Source: Myxococcales bacterium
GTDB taxonomy: Bacteria; Myxococcota_A; Polyangia; Polyangiales; DASUME01
Length of the DNA stretch: 64,000 nt
Direction of reading: 5' to 3'
Assembly: GCA_047601445.1 (NCBI GenBank)
Contig: JASGJH010000001.1
Coordinates: 352,001 to 416,000 of the forward strand
In this document: piece by piece, positions 18,405-28,825 of the stretch
Numbering within the stretch: the first letter of the stretch is position 1
How the letters are laid out: every line of letters starts with the position of its first letter
Notes under the pieces: model-generated
Databases searched by the model: none
What the model saw: only the letters and a program-made list of their open reading frames with translations
What the model was told of the DNA's origin: nothing
Program-made: the position numbers and the translations under genes

Positions 18405-20849
18405 GTGATGGACGGCAAAGACGTGATGGGCCAGGGCCGGAGTAGCCGCGCAGCCTGGCCGAAGGGTGAGCCTGAGGTGTCTAACGCATCGTTTCTACGA
18501 TCCTCCCGTGGCTCGCGCGCCCGAGGGCGCGCTTCGACTCTTGGCCCGCGCCTGAGCGGTCGGGGGCCACGCCTCGCGTCGTTCGCCCTGGCGAGCGCGC
18601 TCTGCATGGTGTGTCTCCCTGCATGTGAGGATCATGCGCCCAAAGGCGCCGACGCAGGCTCCCCCAAGGAGAGCGTCAAGGTCGTCGAGTCGACGGGCCC
18701 GAAGCCGGCCCTGGTGCCCACCGAACCGCCACCGCGGGAGCTGCTCGAGCCGGTGGATCTCTGGCGCAACGGTCAGCCGTCCGGTCAAGTCGACGCTCAG
18801 GGCAGCGATGCGGGCGAGTACGTCTTCCTCGACCTCGGCGAAGCCTGGACGCCCGTCCTCTTCAGCGACGGCGTGGGGGCCGATGGCAAGGAGTTCCTCC
18901 ACAGCTTCAAGGCCACCTATCTGACCCTGGCACGCGGCCAGTTCCCGGAGGGCCCGTACGGCGATCGCGCGCGCGACGACAAGTACTTCGAGCTCTACGG
19001 CATCATGCCCACGCTCGCGGTGCTGCAGAAGCGCCTGACCTGGGCCCAGGATCTCGAGTGCTCCAAGCATCTGGATCTCACGGCCATCAACAACTTCAAC
19101 GGCGTGGTGTCCTACGAAGGGCCCGACGAGGCGCTGGTCACGCGCACGCGCTACCTGGTCGCGCGCAACCGCGTCGACAAGATCCTCGCCGAGCAGAACG
19201 TCACCGACCCTGCTCAAATCAACCTCGAGCTCGTGGCCGACAAGGACAAGCCGCAGGTCAAGTACTACGCGCGGTTCCACGACGACTTCGAGGCCATCAA
19301 GGCCGCGCAGGACCGCCTCCTGTGTGAGGGGTATTTCAAGGGCAAGGGTAGGTGGACCAAGGGCGCCTTCGATTGGCCCACCCACGAGGCGCTGGCCGAG
19401 TTCGAACGACGTCACCGCGTGTACAGCTGGGGCGCCATGGGCCGCGACACGCTCGAGGCCCTGCGCATGGACACCGCGGCGGTGGAGCACGAGACGGTGA
19501 TTCGCGTGCTGACCGAGCGCGCGATGCACGCCTTCGGCGCCATCGAAGACGGCAGCGCCAAGAAGAGCGACGGTTCGCCTGTCACGTACAAGGGCGCCGA
19601 CGGTCAGATGCACGCCGTGCCGAACTTGGAATCCGAGCTGCGCAATGCGGTCATCGAGGCGTTCGGACTGAAGGACCCGAGCGGCACCGCCGCGTTCCTG
19701 GCCAAGCTCGGCAAGCTCGAGCCCGACGGCCACCGCTATGTCGCGATCCCCGGACCGCGTCGCCCTGAATACCACTCGCCCAACATGGAGATCAGCGTCT
19801 CCATCGATCGCGGCGACGTTTGGTACGCGTTCCCCTTCGACGAACAGGGCAAGGAAAAGCCGCAGCCCGTCTCGCGGCGGCCTCACACCACGATCCTGGT
19901 GAAATACCTCGACCAGGTGTTCCCCATCGCCAGCTTCGGCACCACCATCGGCGGTTGGCGCAGCGAGCTCATCGACAACACGGTGTGGTGGAAATACAAG
20001 GGCTCCGAGTTCGGCGAAGTGGTGTGGGAAGAGATCGTGTCGGCGCCCGTCTGGCTGCCGCCGAACACCACGCCGCCGCGCGACCTCCTCAAGCGCCGCG
20101 AGCGGCGCAAGCCCGGCGAGACCAAGTGGGAGCCCAACTACCACGAGACCGGTCCGAGCTACGCCTCCGCCTACGGCCTGGTGGCGGCCTACCATCGTCC
20201 CTTCGCGCGTCGGGCGGACGGCAGCGTCCGCGTGACCGGCGACGAGGGCATCCGCTCGCACGGGTCGGTGGACTACATGAGCATCATGCGGCGCCACTCC
20301 CACGGCTGTCACCGCTTGCACAATCACATCGCGGTGCGGCTGTTCTCCTTCGTGGTCAACCACCGCCCGCACAAGCGCGAGGGCCACGCGCCCGCCAGCT
20401 TCTACATGGGCCTCGAGTACGAGGGGGAGAAGCACGCCATCTCGATCAAGCAGGGCGGCTACGTCTTCAAGCTCGATCAGCCCATCTTCGTGATGGTCGA
20501 GGAAGGCCGCATCCGAGGCTCGGTGGAGCGCCCGGTCACCACGTTGATCCCCAAGTACCACGAGGAGTGCAAGGGCTACTACATGCCCGATGGCAGCGCG
20601 GTGATCCCCAAGGACAACGGCGCCCTGGTGCCGGCACCCAACGCCGCGCCTTGCTTGCCCATCCTGGAGGCCGCGAAGGCCGCTGCAGCGCTGGCGGCAG
20701 GCACGGCCATCGGCGGCGACGCGGGCGTGCCCCCGAGCGCCTCTCAGGTACCTGTGCCGAGTGAGCCGCCCACCAGCCATGGTGAGACCACGCCCGGAGC
20801 CGGCACGCCCGGCGCCACGGTCGGCGCTGTGCCCGCAGCGGCGCCCTGA
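18405..20849 (+). CDS. Exported L,D-transpeptidase-like (YkuD) protein with peptidoglycan-binding-like segment
   Basis: IRSHGS..SHGCHRL catalytic motif; PVWLPP; GAFDWPTHEALAEFERR resembles a PG-binding domain; LPAC lipobox-like; start uncertain. Confidence 0.72.
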   Translation: MMDGKDVMGQGRSSRAAWPKGEPEVSNASFLRSSRGSRARGRASTLGPRLSGRGPRLASFALASALCMVCLPACEDHAPKGADAGSPKESVKVVESTGPKPALVPTEPPPRELLEPVDLWRNGQPSGQVDAQGSDAGEYVFLDLGEAWTPVLFSDGVGADGKEFLHSFKATYLTLARGQFPEGPYGDRARDDKYFELYGIMPTLAVLQKRLTWAQDLECSKHLDLTAINNFNGVVSYEGPDEALVTRTRYLVARNRVDKILAEQNVTDPAQINLELVADKDKPQVKYYARFHDDFEAIKAAQDRLLCEGYFKGKGRWTKGAFDWPTHEALAEFERRHRVYSWGAMGRDTLEALRMDTAAVEHETVIRVLTERAMHAFGAIEDGSAKKSDGSPVTYKGADGQMHAVPNLESELRNAVIEAFGLKDPSGTAAFLAKLGKLEPDGHRYVAIPGPRRPEYHSPNMEISVSIDRGDVWYAFPFDEQGKEKPQPVSRRPHTTILVKYLDQVFPIASFGTTIGGWRSELIDNTVWWKYKGSEFGEVVWEEIVSAPVWLPPNTTPPRDLLKRRERRKPGETKWEPNYHETGPSYASAYGLVAAYHRPFARRADGSVRVTGDEGIRSHGSVDYMSIMRRHSHGCHRLHNHIAVRLFSFVVNHRPHKREGHAPASFYMGLEYEGEKHAISIKQGGYVFKLDQPIFVMVEEGRIRGSVERPVTTLIPKYHEECKGYYMPDGSAVIPKDNGALVPAPNAAPCLPILEAAKAAAALAAGTAIGGDAGVPPSASQVPVPSEPPTSHGETTPGAGTPGATVGAVPAAAP

Positions 20850-20884
20850 ACCGAACCTGGCAGGACCCGAAACCGGCCCTTTGC

Positions 20885-22933
20885 TCAGTGCTTGCTGGCT
20901 AGCGGCCCCGTGCTGCTGTGCGGGGTGGTTGTCGGGCGTGGCGCGACCCGGTCGACGTCGACGGTGTAGCCCACCAACACGTCGTAGATGGAAGCCACCG
21001 TGGCGGCCTCCTGCAATACGGCCGCGTCGACCTGGCTGAGCTCGTGCCGCTGCTCGAGATCGCTGCCCCGATAGACGAACGGCGCCGCATCCATGCGGGC
21101 ATACAGGGAGAAATCCCGCGATTCATAGGCGTAATTGCCCGCGCGACCCACCACGGTGAAGGCGCGCTCCCGGTCCTGATGCAACAGCGAGTGGCCCATG
21201 TAGCTGTTGTCGTCGAACACGCCCGCCAGCTCGGTGATGGTGGGGGCGAGATCGAGGTGACAGGCCACGCCGGTCTGCGCGCCGCGCGGCAAGCGCGGGT
21301 CACGCCCGTGCACGATCAGCGGCACCCAGGTGGTCTCGTGGCGCAAGTTGTCGTGTCCGCCCGATTCACCACGGTCGCCCAGGTCGAAGGCATGGTCTCC
21401 GGTGATGACCCAGATAGTGTTTTCGAACCAAGCCTCGCCGCGCAGGCTCTCGTAGAGCTCGCGGACGACGTCGTCCGTGTAGTGCATGGTGTTGTGCAAG
21501 CGCTCGCGCGCCGTGTTGCCCGACGTGACGTTCAGCGCGGGCTCGGGGGAGCGAAACGGGGTGTGATTGCTGATGGAGGACAGATACGCGAAGAAGGGCT
21601 TGCCCTGCTTGCCTACCTCGCGCAGGCGCCGGCTCGCGCGGCGGAAGGTCAAGCGGTCTTGCTCGTGATCGGCGGGCGAGAAGTCGACTTCGTCGTACCA
21701 GCGTTCGAGCCACACGCGCTGACTGTCCCAGTCCGGATCGCTGCCCGTGAAGTGCAGCGTGCGATAGCCGTGCTCACGCAGTGCGCCGGGGAAGCCTTCG
21801 ATGTGGCGATCGGTGGCCTCGTTGTGCATGCCGTAGCGCGGGTGTGGCAGCAAGCTCGTATGGATCGAGGTGAATGCGTAGACCGTCGGTACGCCGCTGG
21901 CCGTGTAGCGGGTGTAGAAGGCGCTGTCGGGCTGCGCTGCGAGCGCGTCGAGGAACGGGGTGGCTGCGGGGCCGGTGAGGGCCGGGTTCATGCTGCGCAT
22001 GTCCTTCGCGCGAAAGGTCTCCAGCGACAGCACGATGATGTTGGGCGGCGAGCTCGGCTGGGCCGGGGTCGCTCCCACGAAGTGTCGGCGCAGAGGATAT
22101 TCGGGGTCGCCGAAGCGCCAGGCGTGCGTGGCGTCCAGCGCCAGCCAACGTCGCTGATAGCCAGCGGTCGCCACGCGCAGCTCGTTCGCCGACGGGCCAG
22201 CGTGGTGGGGCCGCTTGGCCGTGCGCCAGAAGAGCATCAAGGCCGGCATCACCTTGGTCTGACGCTGCGTTCCACCAGGCACCACGTTCCACAGCAAGGT
22301 AGGCCAGACCAGCCAGAGCACGCCGAGGGCAATCAATCCGCGCCGCTGGAACTGAACTCGACTCGCGCGTGCGGCAACGAGCGCGCATGGGATGAATGCG
22401 AGCGTGGCGCCGACTCCCCACAAGCTCGACCAGGTACCGCCGCGGTCCTCTCCCAGACTCGCCCAAATCACCGAGGGCGTACGATGCATCGCGCCGTAGG
22501 TGCGCACCCAGTCGAGCGACATGTGCATGCCCAGGAAGCGCTGGCACTCGGCGTCCACCGCGCTCACCAGGAGCAAGGACGCAGCGATCGCGACTTGCAG
22601 CGCGAGGGCAGCACGCGCCGGTCGCACGACGGAGGTTCCTAGCGCGCGACGCTGGGTCCAGGCGCACCAGAGCGCGAAGGGCAAGGCCACCACCCCGTGG
22701 CTCCAGGCTGCGTAGTACGCCGCGTGAAACACGTAGTGCGCGGGGTCGAGCGCGAACGGGGCTCCCAGTGGATTGGGGCGCAGGTAAAGGAAGAGCTTCA
22801 GCGCGACCTCGAAGGCTGCTGCACACAGCCCAACGCGTAGGGCGCGCTGAAAGCCAGCGCCCTGGAAGCTCGCGCGGGATCGCGCGGGCGCAGGACGACC
22901 GGCCTCGCGGGGATCGAGGAGGTCTTGGTACAA
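20885..22933 (-). CDS. LTA-synthase/sulfatase-superfamily membrane protein
   Basis: About five N-terminal TM segments; PNIIVLSLET, TPFLD, SNHTPF, YTD, TGDH, VPLIV, DLAPTI; start uncertain. Confidence 0.85.
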   Translation of the reverse strand: MYQDLLDPREAGRPAPARSRASFQGAGFQRALRVGLCAAAFEVALKLFLYLRPNPLGAPFALDPAHYVFHAAYYAAWSHGVVALPFALWCAWTQRRALGTSVVRPARAALALQVAIAASLLLVSAVDAECQRFLGMHMSLDWVRTYGAMHRTPSVIWASLGEDRGGTWSSLWGVGATLAFIPCALVAARASRVQFQRRGLIALGVLWLVWPTLLWNVVPGGTQRQTKVMPALMLFWRTAKRPHHAGPSANELRVATAGYQRRWLALDATHAWRFGDPEYPLRRHFVGATPAQPSSPPNIIVLSLETFRAKDMRSMNPALTGPAATPFLDALAAQPDSAFYTRYTASGVPTVYAFTSIHTSLLPHPRYGMHNEATDRHIEGFPGALREHGYRTLHFTGSDPDWDSQRVWLERWYDEVDFSPADHEQDRLTFRRASRRLREVGKQGKPFFAYLSSISNHTPFRSPEPALNVTSGNTARERLHNTMHYTDDVVRELYESLRGEAWFENTIWVITGDHAFDLGDRGESGGHDNLRHETTWVPLIVHGRDPRLPRGAQTGVACHLDLAPTITELAGVFDDNSYMGHSLLHQDRERAFTVVGRAGNYAYESRDFSLYARMDAAPFVYRGSDLEQRHELSQVDAAVLQEAATVASIYDVLVGYTVDVDRVAPRPTTTPHSSTGPLASKH

Positions 22934-22969
22934 GCGAAACTGTGTCGGGAACGAAACGAGATGGTTACG

Positions 22970-23551
22970 TTATTCCCGCAGAAACGTGTCAAAAGCCCCG
23001 TGCGTCAGGGTGATTGCCGCCAACAACACCAGGGCAGCCAGCCCGAATACGAGGGGCGCGAGTCGCCAGCGACCCCGATTCGAGCCATTCGTCGTGAGCA
23101 GCGGAAAGCAGACCTCGCGGATCTCACCGGCCTCGGCATCGACCAACAGAACGCCAGGCACAGCGAATGCCAGCTGATACTCGAGCATCTGCCGACGCGT
23201 GTCCGAGTGACCTAGCCTCGGCGCCTGATCTCCCGTCTTGACCTCTGCCACCCACGCTTGGCCATTCCGCTCGACCACCAGGTCGGCGATCAGCTGAACC
23301 TGTTCGCGCTGACCGTCCACCTCGAGCGCGTAGCTGCGGGTGATGCGTCGTGCGCGTACCCGATATCCTGCGGCGCGGAGCAGCTGCTCCGCGCGGCGCT
23401 CGCCCGCTTGACCGCGCTCGTTGTAGCGCCTGCCCGCGCGACGCTGGGTCAGCCGTTGCCACGACGCGTTGGCGCGCGCGCCGAGCCAGAGCAGCGCGAG
23501 CGCGAGCACCAGGCCCGCAACGACGATCAGCTCGGAGCGTGAAGCGTGCAC
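22970..23551 (-). CDS. Membrane-anchored PD-(D/E)XK nuclease-like protein (YraN-like)
   Basis: GQAGERRAEQLL..GY, ADLVV, AEVKT motifs; hydrophobic helices at both termini. Confidence 0.7.
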   Translation of the reverse strand: MHASRSELIVVAGLVLALALLWLGARANASWQRLTQRRAGRRYNERGQAGERRAEQLLRAAGYRVRARRITRSYALEVDGQREQVQLIADLVVERNGQAWVAEVKTGDQAPRLGHSDTRRQMLEYQLAFAVPGVLLVDAEAGEIREVCFPLLTTNGSNRGRWRLAPLVFGLAALVLLAAITLTHGAFDTFLRE

Positions 23552-23655
23552 CTACCTGGCCTCTCATCCCGAGGGCACGCTTCGCAACTTTCCCGCGCGA
23601 CGATTTCCGCGCCAGCGCGCGCAACTCTGGTGCTCGCAAGACGATAGCTACGTGC

Positions 23656-24576
23656 ATGAGTTCCGACCCGCTTGTCCCCGAACGCCTGATCTCGCCGGAC
23701 GACCCGCTCTGGCCCCCCGGCTTGTCCGACCTCGCCGATCCTCCGCAGCGCCTCTGCATGCTCGGCTCGCTGACAGCCTGGGATCGACCCGTCATCGCGA
23801 TCGTCGGCACCCGCCGCAGCGACACCTTCGGCCGCGACTTCACCCGTAACCTGGCGGCCGATTTGGCGCGCCAGGGCTGCATCGTGGTCTCGGGTGGTGC
23901 CCACGGCATCGACACCGAGGCACACCTGGGCGCGCTCGAAGGGAAGGGCACCAGCGTCGCGGTCCTACCGACGGGCCTCGCGCGCCCCTATCCAGAGCGC
24001 AATGGGCGCCTGTTTGCCCGCCTATGTGAGCAGGGGGCGCTGCTCAGCGAGGTGATCGGAGATGCGCCGGGTTATGCGAGTTTGTTCTTGGAACGAAATC
24101 GTCTCGTCGCGGCCATGGCGCGGGTCGTGATCGTGACTCAAGCGCCGCTTGCATCCGGAGCACTGTCCACGGCGGCCCATGCAGCCCGGCTCGGGCGGCC
24201 CGTGTTGGCGGTCCCCTATATGCCCGGAATCATTCGGGGAGAGGGATGCCTCGAGCTCTTGGCCCGCGGGGCGGGGATTTGCAGAAGCGCAGGGGATGTC
24301 CTATCGCTAGCGGCTCCGAGGCCGGCCCAACCCCGGCCAAACCGTTCGTCAAAAAGAGCAAGGAGGCCAAAGAAAGACGAAGAGTTTCAGTGGCTTGATG
24401 AAGACGAAGCAGCGCTCCTGCGAGGCCTTGAGCAGGGTCCACTGGGCGCTGATGAGCTGTGTGAGGCGATTCCGTTACCGGCGCCCCGGGTTCAGCGAGC
24501 CATCTTGATGCTTCTGCTTTCCAAGGTCATCCAAGAGGTAGGTGGCGGTCGCTACATGCGCACCGACCCCCGTTGA
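23656..24576 (+). CDS. dprA: DNA-processing protein DprA/Smf
   Basis: IAIVGTR, VVSGGAHGID, FLERNRLVA, SGALSTA; C-terminal winged helix; upstream of topA. Confidence 0.93.
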   Translation: MSSDPLVPERLISPDDPLWPPGLSDLADPPQRLCMLGSLTAWDRPVIAIVGTRRSDTFGRDFTRNLAADLARQGCIVVSGGAHGIDTEAHLGALEGKGTSVAVLPTGLARPYPERNGRLFARLCEQGALLSEVIGDAPGYASLFLERNRLVAAMARVVIVTQAPLASGALSTAAHAARLGRPVLAVPYMPGIIRGEGCLELLARGAGICRSAGDVLSLAAPRPAQPRPNRSSKRARRPKKDEEFQWLDEDEAALLRGLEQGPLGADELCEAIPLPAPRVQRAILMLLLSKVIQEVGGGRYMRTDPR

Positions 24577-24591
24577 AAGGACCCCGCCGAG

Positions 24592-27013
24592 ATGGCCAAG
24601 TCGCTAGTCATCGTCGAGTCCCCGGCCAAAGCGAAGACCATTCAGAAATACCTCGGAAAAGACTACGAGGTAATGGCTTCGAAGGGCCACATCAAGGATC
24701 TGCCCAAGCGTGGTGGCGTCGACGTCGATAAGGACTTCGAAGAGACCTACGAGATCATCGAAGAGAAGGGCAAAGGAGACATCGTCAAGGCCATCCGCGA
24801 GAAGGCCAAGAAGGTGGATCAAGTCCTGCTTGCGATGGACCCGGATCGCGAGGGAGAGGCCATCGCGGCCCATATCCTCCAGGAGGTCAAGGCCGCGGAG
24901 CCCGAGCGTACCGCCCGACGTGTCCTCTTTAATCGAGATCACGAAGAAGGGCGTCTACGAGGGCCTGTCGCACCCTCGCGACATCGACGAACACCTGTAC
25001 GAGGCGCAGCGCACCCGCCGCGTGCTGGACCGCATCGGTGGCTACCCGCTCTCCAACCTGCTGTGGCGCAAGTTGGCGTTCGGGCTCTCGGCAGGCCGCG
25101 TGCAGACGCCCGCGCTGCGACTCATCGTGGACCGCCAGCGCGAGATCGATGCGTTCGTGCCGGTCAGCTACTGGATCGTCGACGTTGCGCTCAAGGGCAA
25201 GGCCGAGCGCAACTTCACGGCCCTGCTGGACTCGGTGAACGGTCAGAAGCTCGAGAAGGTGAGCTCGCGTCCGTCGGCCACCACCGAGCTCGAGGCGCAG
25301 CGCTACGTCAACGACCTCAAGCGCGCCAAGTTTCGCGTCGCGGGCATCACCAAGCGTCAATCGAAGCGCAAGGCGCCCGCCCCGTACACCACGTCGAAGC
25401 TGCAGCAGGACGCATCGACGCGCCTCAGCATGCAGCCCAAGCGCACCATGCGCGTGGCGCAGGGGCTCTACGAAGGTGTCTCCATCGGCAAGGGCAAAGA
25501 GGCAGAGCTCGTCGGTCTCATCACGTACATGCGTACCGACAGCATGCGCGTGTCCGATGATGCCGTCGCCGAGGTGCGCGGCCTGATCGAGAAGAACTAC
25601 GGCAAGGGCTTCCTGCCGAGCGAGCCCAACGTCTTCAAGAGCAAGAACCAGCAGAACGTGCAGGACGCCCACGAGGCGATCCGCCCGACGCGCCTGGACC
25701 TGCCCCCCGACGCCGTGGGGGAGTACCTCAAGGACGAGCAGCTCAAGCTCTACAGGCTGATCTGGGATCGCTTCGTCGCGAGCCAGATGACGCCCGCGGT
25801 GTACGACCAGACCAGCGTGGAAATCGAGGGCAAGGTCGACGATCGTGCCTACGGGTTGCGCGTCAGCGGCAGCGTGTTGCGTGAGGCCGGTTGGCGCAAG
25901 GTCTACGGGGCTGGCGAGACCACGCTGGCAGGCGAAGAAGAGGGCGCCGCACCCACGGACGAAGACAACACGCTGCCGCCCATGGAGGAGAACGAGGGAC
26001 TGAGCCTCGTGGACCCGCCTGGCGTGGTGAGCACACACAAGCAAACCGAGCCGCCGCCCTACTTCAACGAAGCGAGCCTCGTGAAGAAGCTCGAGGAAGA
26101 GGGCATCGGGCGCCCCAGCACGTACGCCGAGATCTTGAGCAAGGTGCTCGCGCGCGACTACGTGGTGAAGGTCGAGAACAAGCTGGTGGCCAGCGACCTC
26201 GGCAAGCTCGTGATCGAGAAGCTCGTGGAGGATCGCTTCGATCTCGCGGACATCAGCTTCACGCGCAAGCTCGAGGAGGACCTCGACGCCATCGCCGACG
26301 CGCGGCTACGCCGGCTCGACGTGCTCAAGCCGTTCCATCAGCGCCTCACCAACCAGATCGAGAAGGCGCTCGAGCACAAGGGCAAGTGGTGGCCCGACCC
26401 CGAGCCGCTCGAGGAGCCCTGTCCCGACTGCGGCAAGACGCTGGTCAAGCGCTGGGGCAAGAACGGGCCGTTCATCGGCTGTACGGACTACCCGGACTGC
26501 AAGTACACGCGCGACCTCGGCGTCAGCGGTGAGGAGGCGGACAGCCGCAAGCCCACCATGACGGACTACACGTGCAACGAGTGTGGCTCCAAGATGATGA
26601 AGCGCTGGGGCCGCAACGGGTTCTTCCTGGGTTGCTCGGCGTATCCCAAGTGCAAGGGGACGCGACCCATGCCGCTCGGCGTGAAGTGTCCCAAGTGCAC
26701 CACCGGCGACATCATCGAGATCAAGAGCAAGGGCCGCGGTCGCGTGTTCTACGGCTGCAGCAACTACAACGTCGAGAGCATCAAGTGCGACTTCAAGTCG
26801 TGGCAGAAGCCGGTGGACCTCCCGTGCCCTGACTGCGGCGCCAAGTTCCTGGTGCGCGCAGGCAAGAACGACGAGCCGGGCATCTACAAGTGCCTGACCG
26901 AGAGTTGCGGCTTCCAGCGCGACGAGACGCCCGAGGAGTTCGGCGGCGAAGGCAAGGCGGGCAAGAGCGGCACGCACGGCCTCGACGCCACCGGCACCGG
27001 CGACGACGACTGA
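24592..27013 (+). CDS. topA: DNA topoisomerase I, about 806 aa, split by one extra base near 24933 (probable sequence error)
   Basis: [56 protein letters not shown]-terminal Zn ribbons; VLFN|EIT joins when one base is removed. Confidence 0.95.
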
Positions 27014-27017
27014 GCCC

Positions 27018-28364
27018 ATGGCGCACGTCGTAGTCATCGGTGCGGGTCTGGCCGGATCCGAGTGTGCGTTTCAGCTGGCCGAGCAAGGGGTGGACGTCAC
27101 GCTGGTGGAGCAGAAGCCAGCGCGGCGCACGCCTGCGCAGCAGCACGACTTCTTCGCGGAGCTGGTGTGCTCCAACAGCTTCCGCGGTGCCGACCTCGCC
27201 AACGCCGTGGGGTTGATCAAGGAAGAGATGCGCCGCGTGGGCTCGCTGGTGATGCAGGCCGCGGATCTCACGCGGGTGCCCGCTGGCGGGGCCTTGGCCG
27301 TCGATCGCGAGAAGTTCGGCCACGAGATCACCCAGCGCCTCAAGGATCATCCGCGCATCCGCGTGGAGTGCCGTGAGGTCACGGAGCTGCCGACGGAGCG
27401 ACCGCTGGTGTTGGCCACGGGGCCCCTCACGGGGGATGCCCTGGCGGCCGATTTGGCGCGCTTGATCGGGCTCGATCAGCTCGCTTACTACGACGCCATC
27501 GCTCCCATCATCGCGGCTGACAGCATCGACTGGGACAAGGTCTTTCGGGCCTCGCGCTACGACAAGGGTGGCGACGATGCCTACGTGAATTGTCCGCTGA
27601 ACAAGGAGCAGTACGAGGCCTTCGTCGACGCGGTGCTGGGCGCGGAGAAGGTCGCAGCGCGCGACTTCGAGGAGCTGCGCTACTTCGAGGGCTGCCTACC
27701 CATCGAAGTGATGGCGGAGCGCGGCCGACGCACGCTGGCCTTCGGCCCCATGAAACCCGTGGGCCTGACCGATCCCAAGACCGGGCGCTGGCCCCACGCC
27801 GTGGTGCAGCTGCGTGTGGAGGACGGCGCGGCCACCGCCTACAACATGGTGGGCTTCCAGACGCGCATGAAGTTCCCCGAGCAGAAGCGGGTGTTCGGCT
27901 TGATCCCGGGCCTGGAGAACGCAGAGTTTCAGCGCTTCGGGAGCGTGCACCGCAATACCTTCGTGAACTCGCCGGTGGTGCTAAGCGACGACTTCGATCT
28001 CAAGGCTGCGCCCGGCGTGTACTTGGCCGGACAGATCTCCGGGGTCGAGGGCTATATCGAGAGCGCGGCGGCCGGCTTGTGCATCGGGCGCCTGGTGGCC
28101 CAGCGCGTGCGAGGCGAGGTGCCCACGCCTCCGCCGGCCACCACGGCGCTCGGGGCGCTGCTCAGGCATTTGCGCCGGCCCAGCGACAACTTCCAGCCTT
28201 CCAACGTGGTCTGGAGCATGTTCCCCGAGCTGCTCGACGCGACCCTACAGCACAAGAAGAACAAGGGGTTGCGGCGGGAGGCCATGGTGCAGCGCGCCTT
28301 GGCGGACCTCGAAAGTTGGCGGCGCGGTGTGCCCGCGGGCGAGACTAGTCAGAGCGTCGCCTGA
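27018..28364 (+). CDS. trmFO: Folate/FAD-dependent tRNA m5U54 methyltransferase TrmFO (Gid)
   Basis: [45 protein letters not shown]. Confidence 0.96.
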   Translation: MAHVVVIGAGLAGSECAFQLAEQGVDVTLVEQKPARRTPAQQHDFFAELVCSNSFRGADLANAVGLIKEEMRRVGSLVMQAADLTRVPAGGALAVDREKFGHEITQRLKDHPRIRVECREVTELPTERPLVLATGPLTGDALAADLARLIGLDQLAYYDAIAPIIAADSIDWDKVFRASRYDKGGDDAYVNCPLNKEQYEAFVDAVLGAEKVAARDFEELRYFEGCLPIEVMAERGRRTLAFGPMKPVGLTDPKTGRWPHAVVQLRVEDGAATAYNMVGFQTRMKFPEQKRVFGLIPGLENAEFQRFGSVHRNTFVNSPVVLSDDFDLKAAPGVYLAGQISGVEGYIESAAAGLCIGRLVAQRVRGEVPTPPPATTALGALLRHLRRPSDNFQPSNVVWSMFPELLDATLQHKKNKGLRREAMVQRALADLESWRRGVPAGETSQSVA

Positions 28365-28387
28365 GCCCTTCGCCCGCTGTAACCTCC

Positions 28388-28825
28388 ATGACCGACATTC
28401 CCCCATCGCCCATCCACGAACGCCGCCGCCGGTTCGTCAAGAGACTCGGCTTTGCGCTGTCTGCGCTGATGGTGCTGCTCGTGCTCTCCATCTTCGCGCT
28501 CATCGTCCGCACCGAGAGTGCCCACGACGAGAGCACGTGCCCCTTCGCGCGCCACAGCGAGCGCTCGCAGGGCGAGGCCCATGTGGTGGAGGAGTCGCGC
28601 AGCTGCGTTCCCGAGGCCGAGGAGCATCGCTGGATCGTCGAGCGGCCCGGCCAGGCTCCACTCGAGTTCGCGCGCAAGAGGCTCGATAAGCAGCGCTTCT
28701 CCGATACGCATTTCAATTGGCAGCTGGAGCAGGACGAGCACCAGAGCCTGGTGATCAAGCTCTATGTGGACGGTCAGATGTTCAGCGAGTTCCGCGAGGC
28801 CGACGCGCGCGGGGCACCGCGGTGA
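28388..28825 (+). CDS. Hypothetical single-TM protein
   Basis: Basic residues followed by a hydrophobic helix; stop overlaps the xerC GTG (GTGA). Confidence 0.7.
   Translation: MTDIPPSPIHERRRRFVKRLGFALSALMVLLVLSIFALIVRTESAHDESTCPFARHSERSQGEAHVVEESRSCVPEAEEHRWIVERPGQAPLEFARKRLDKQRFSDTHFNWQLEQDEHQSLVIKLYVDGQMFSEFREADARGAPR

Noticed and set aside
24925..24945. Programmed frameshift or true pseudogene in topA
   Set aside because: No slippery heptamer or stimulatory structure; the gene is otherwise intact; same GATC-adjacent pattern as four other indels
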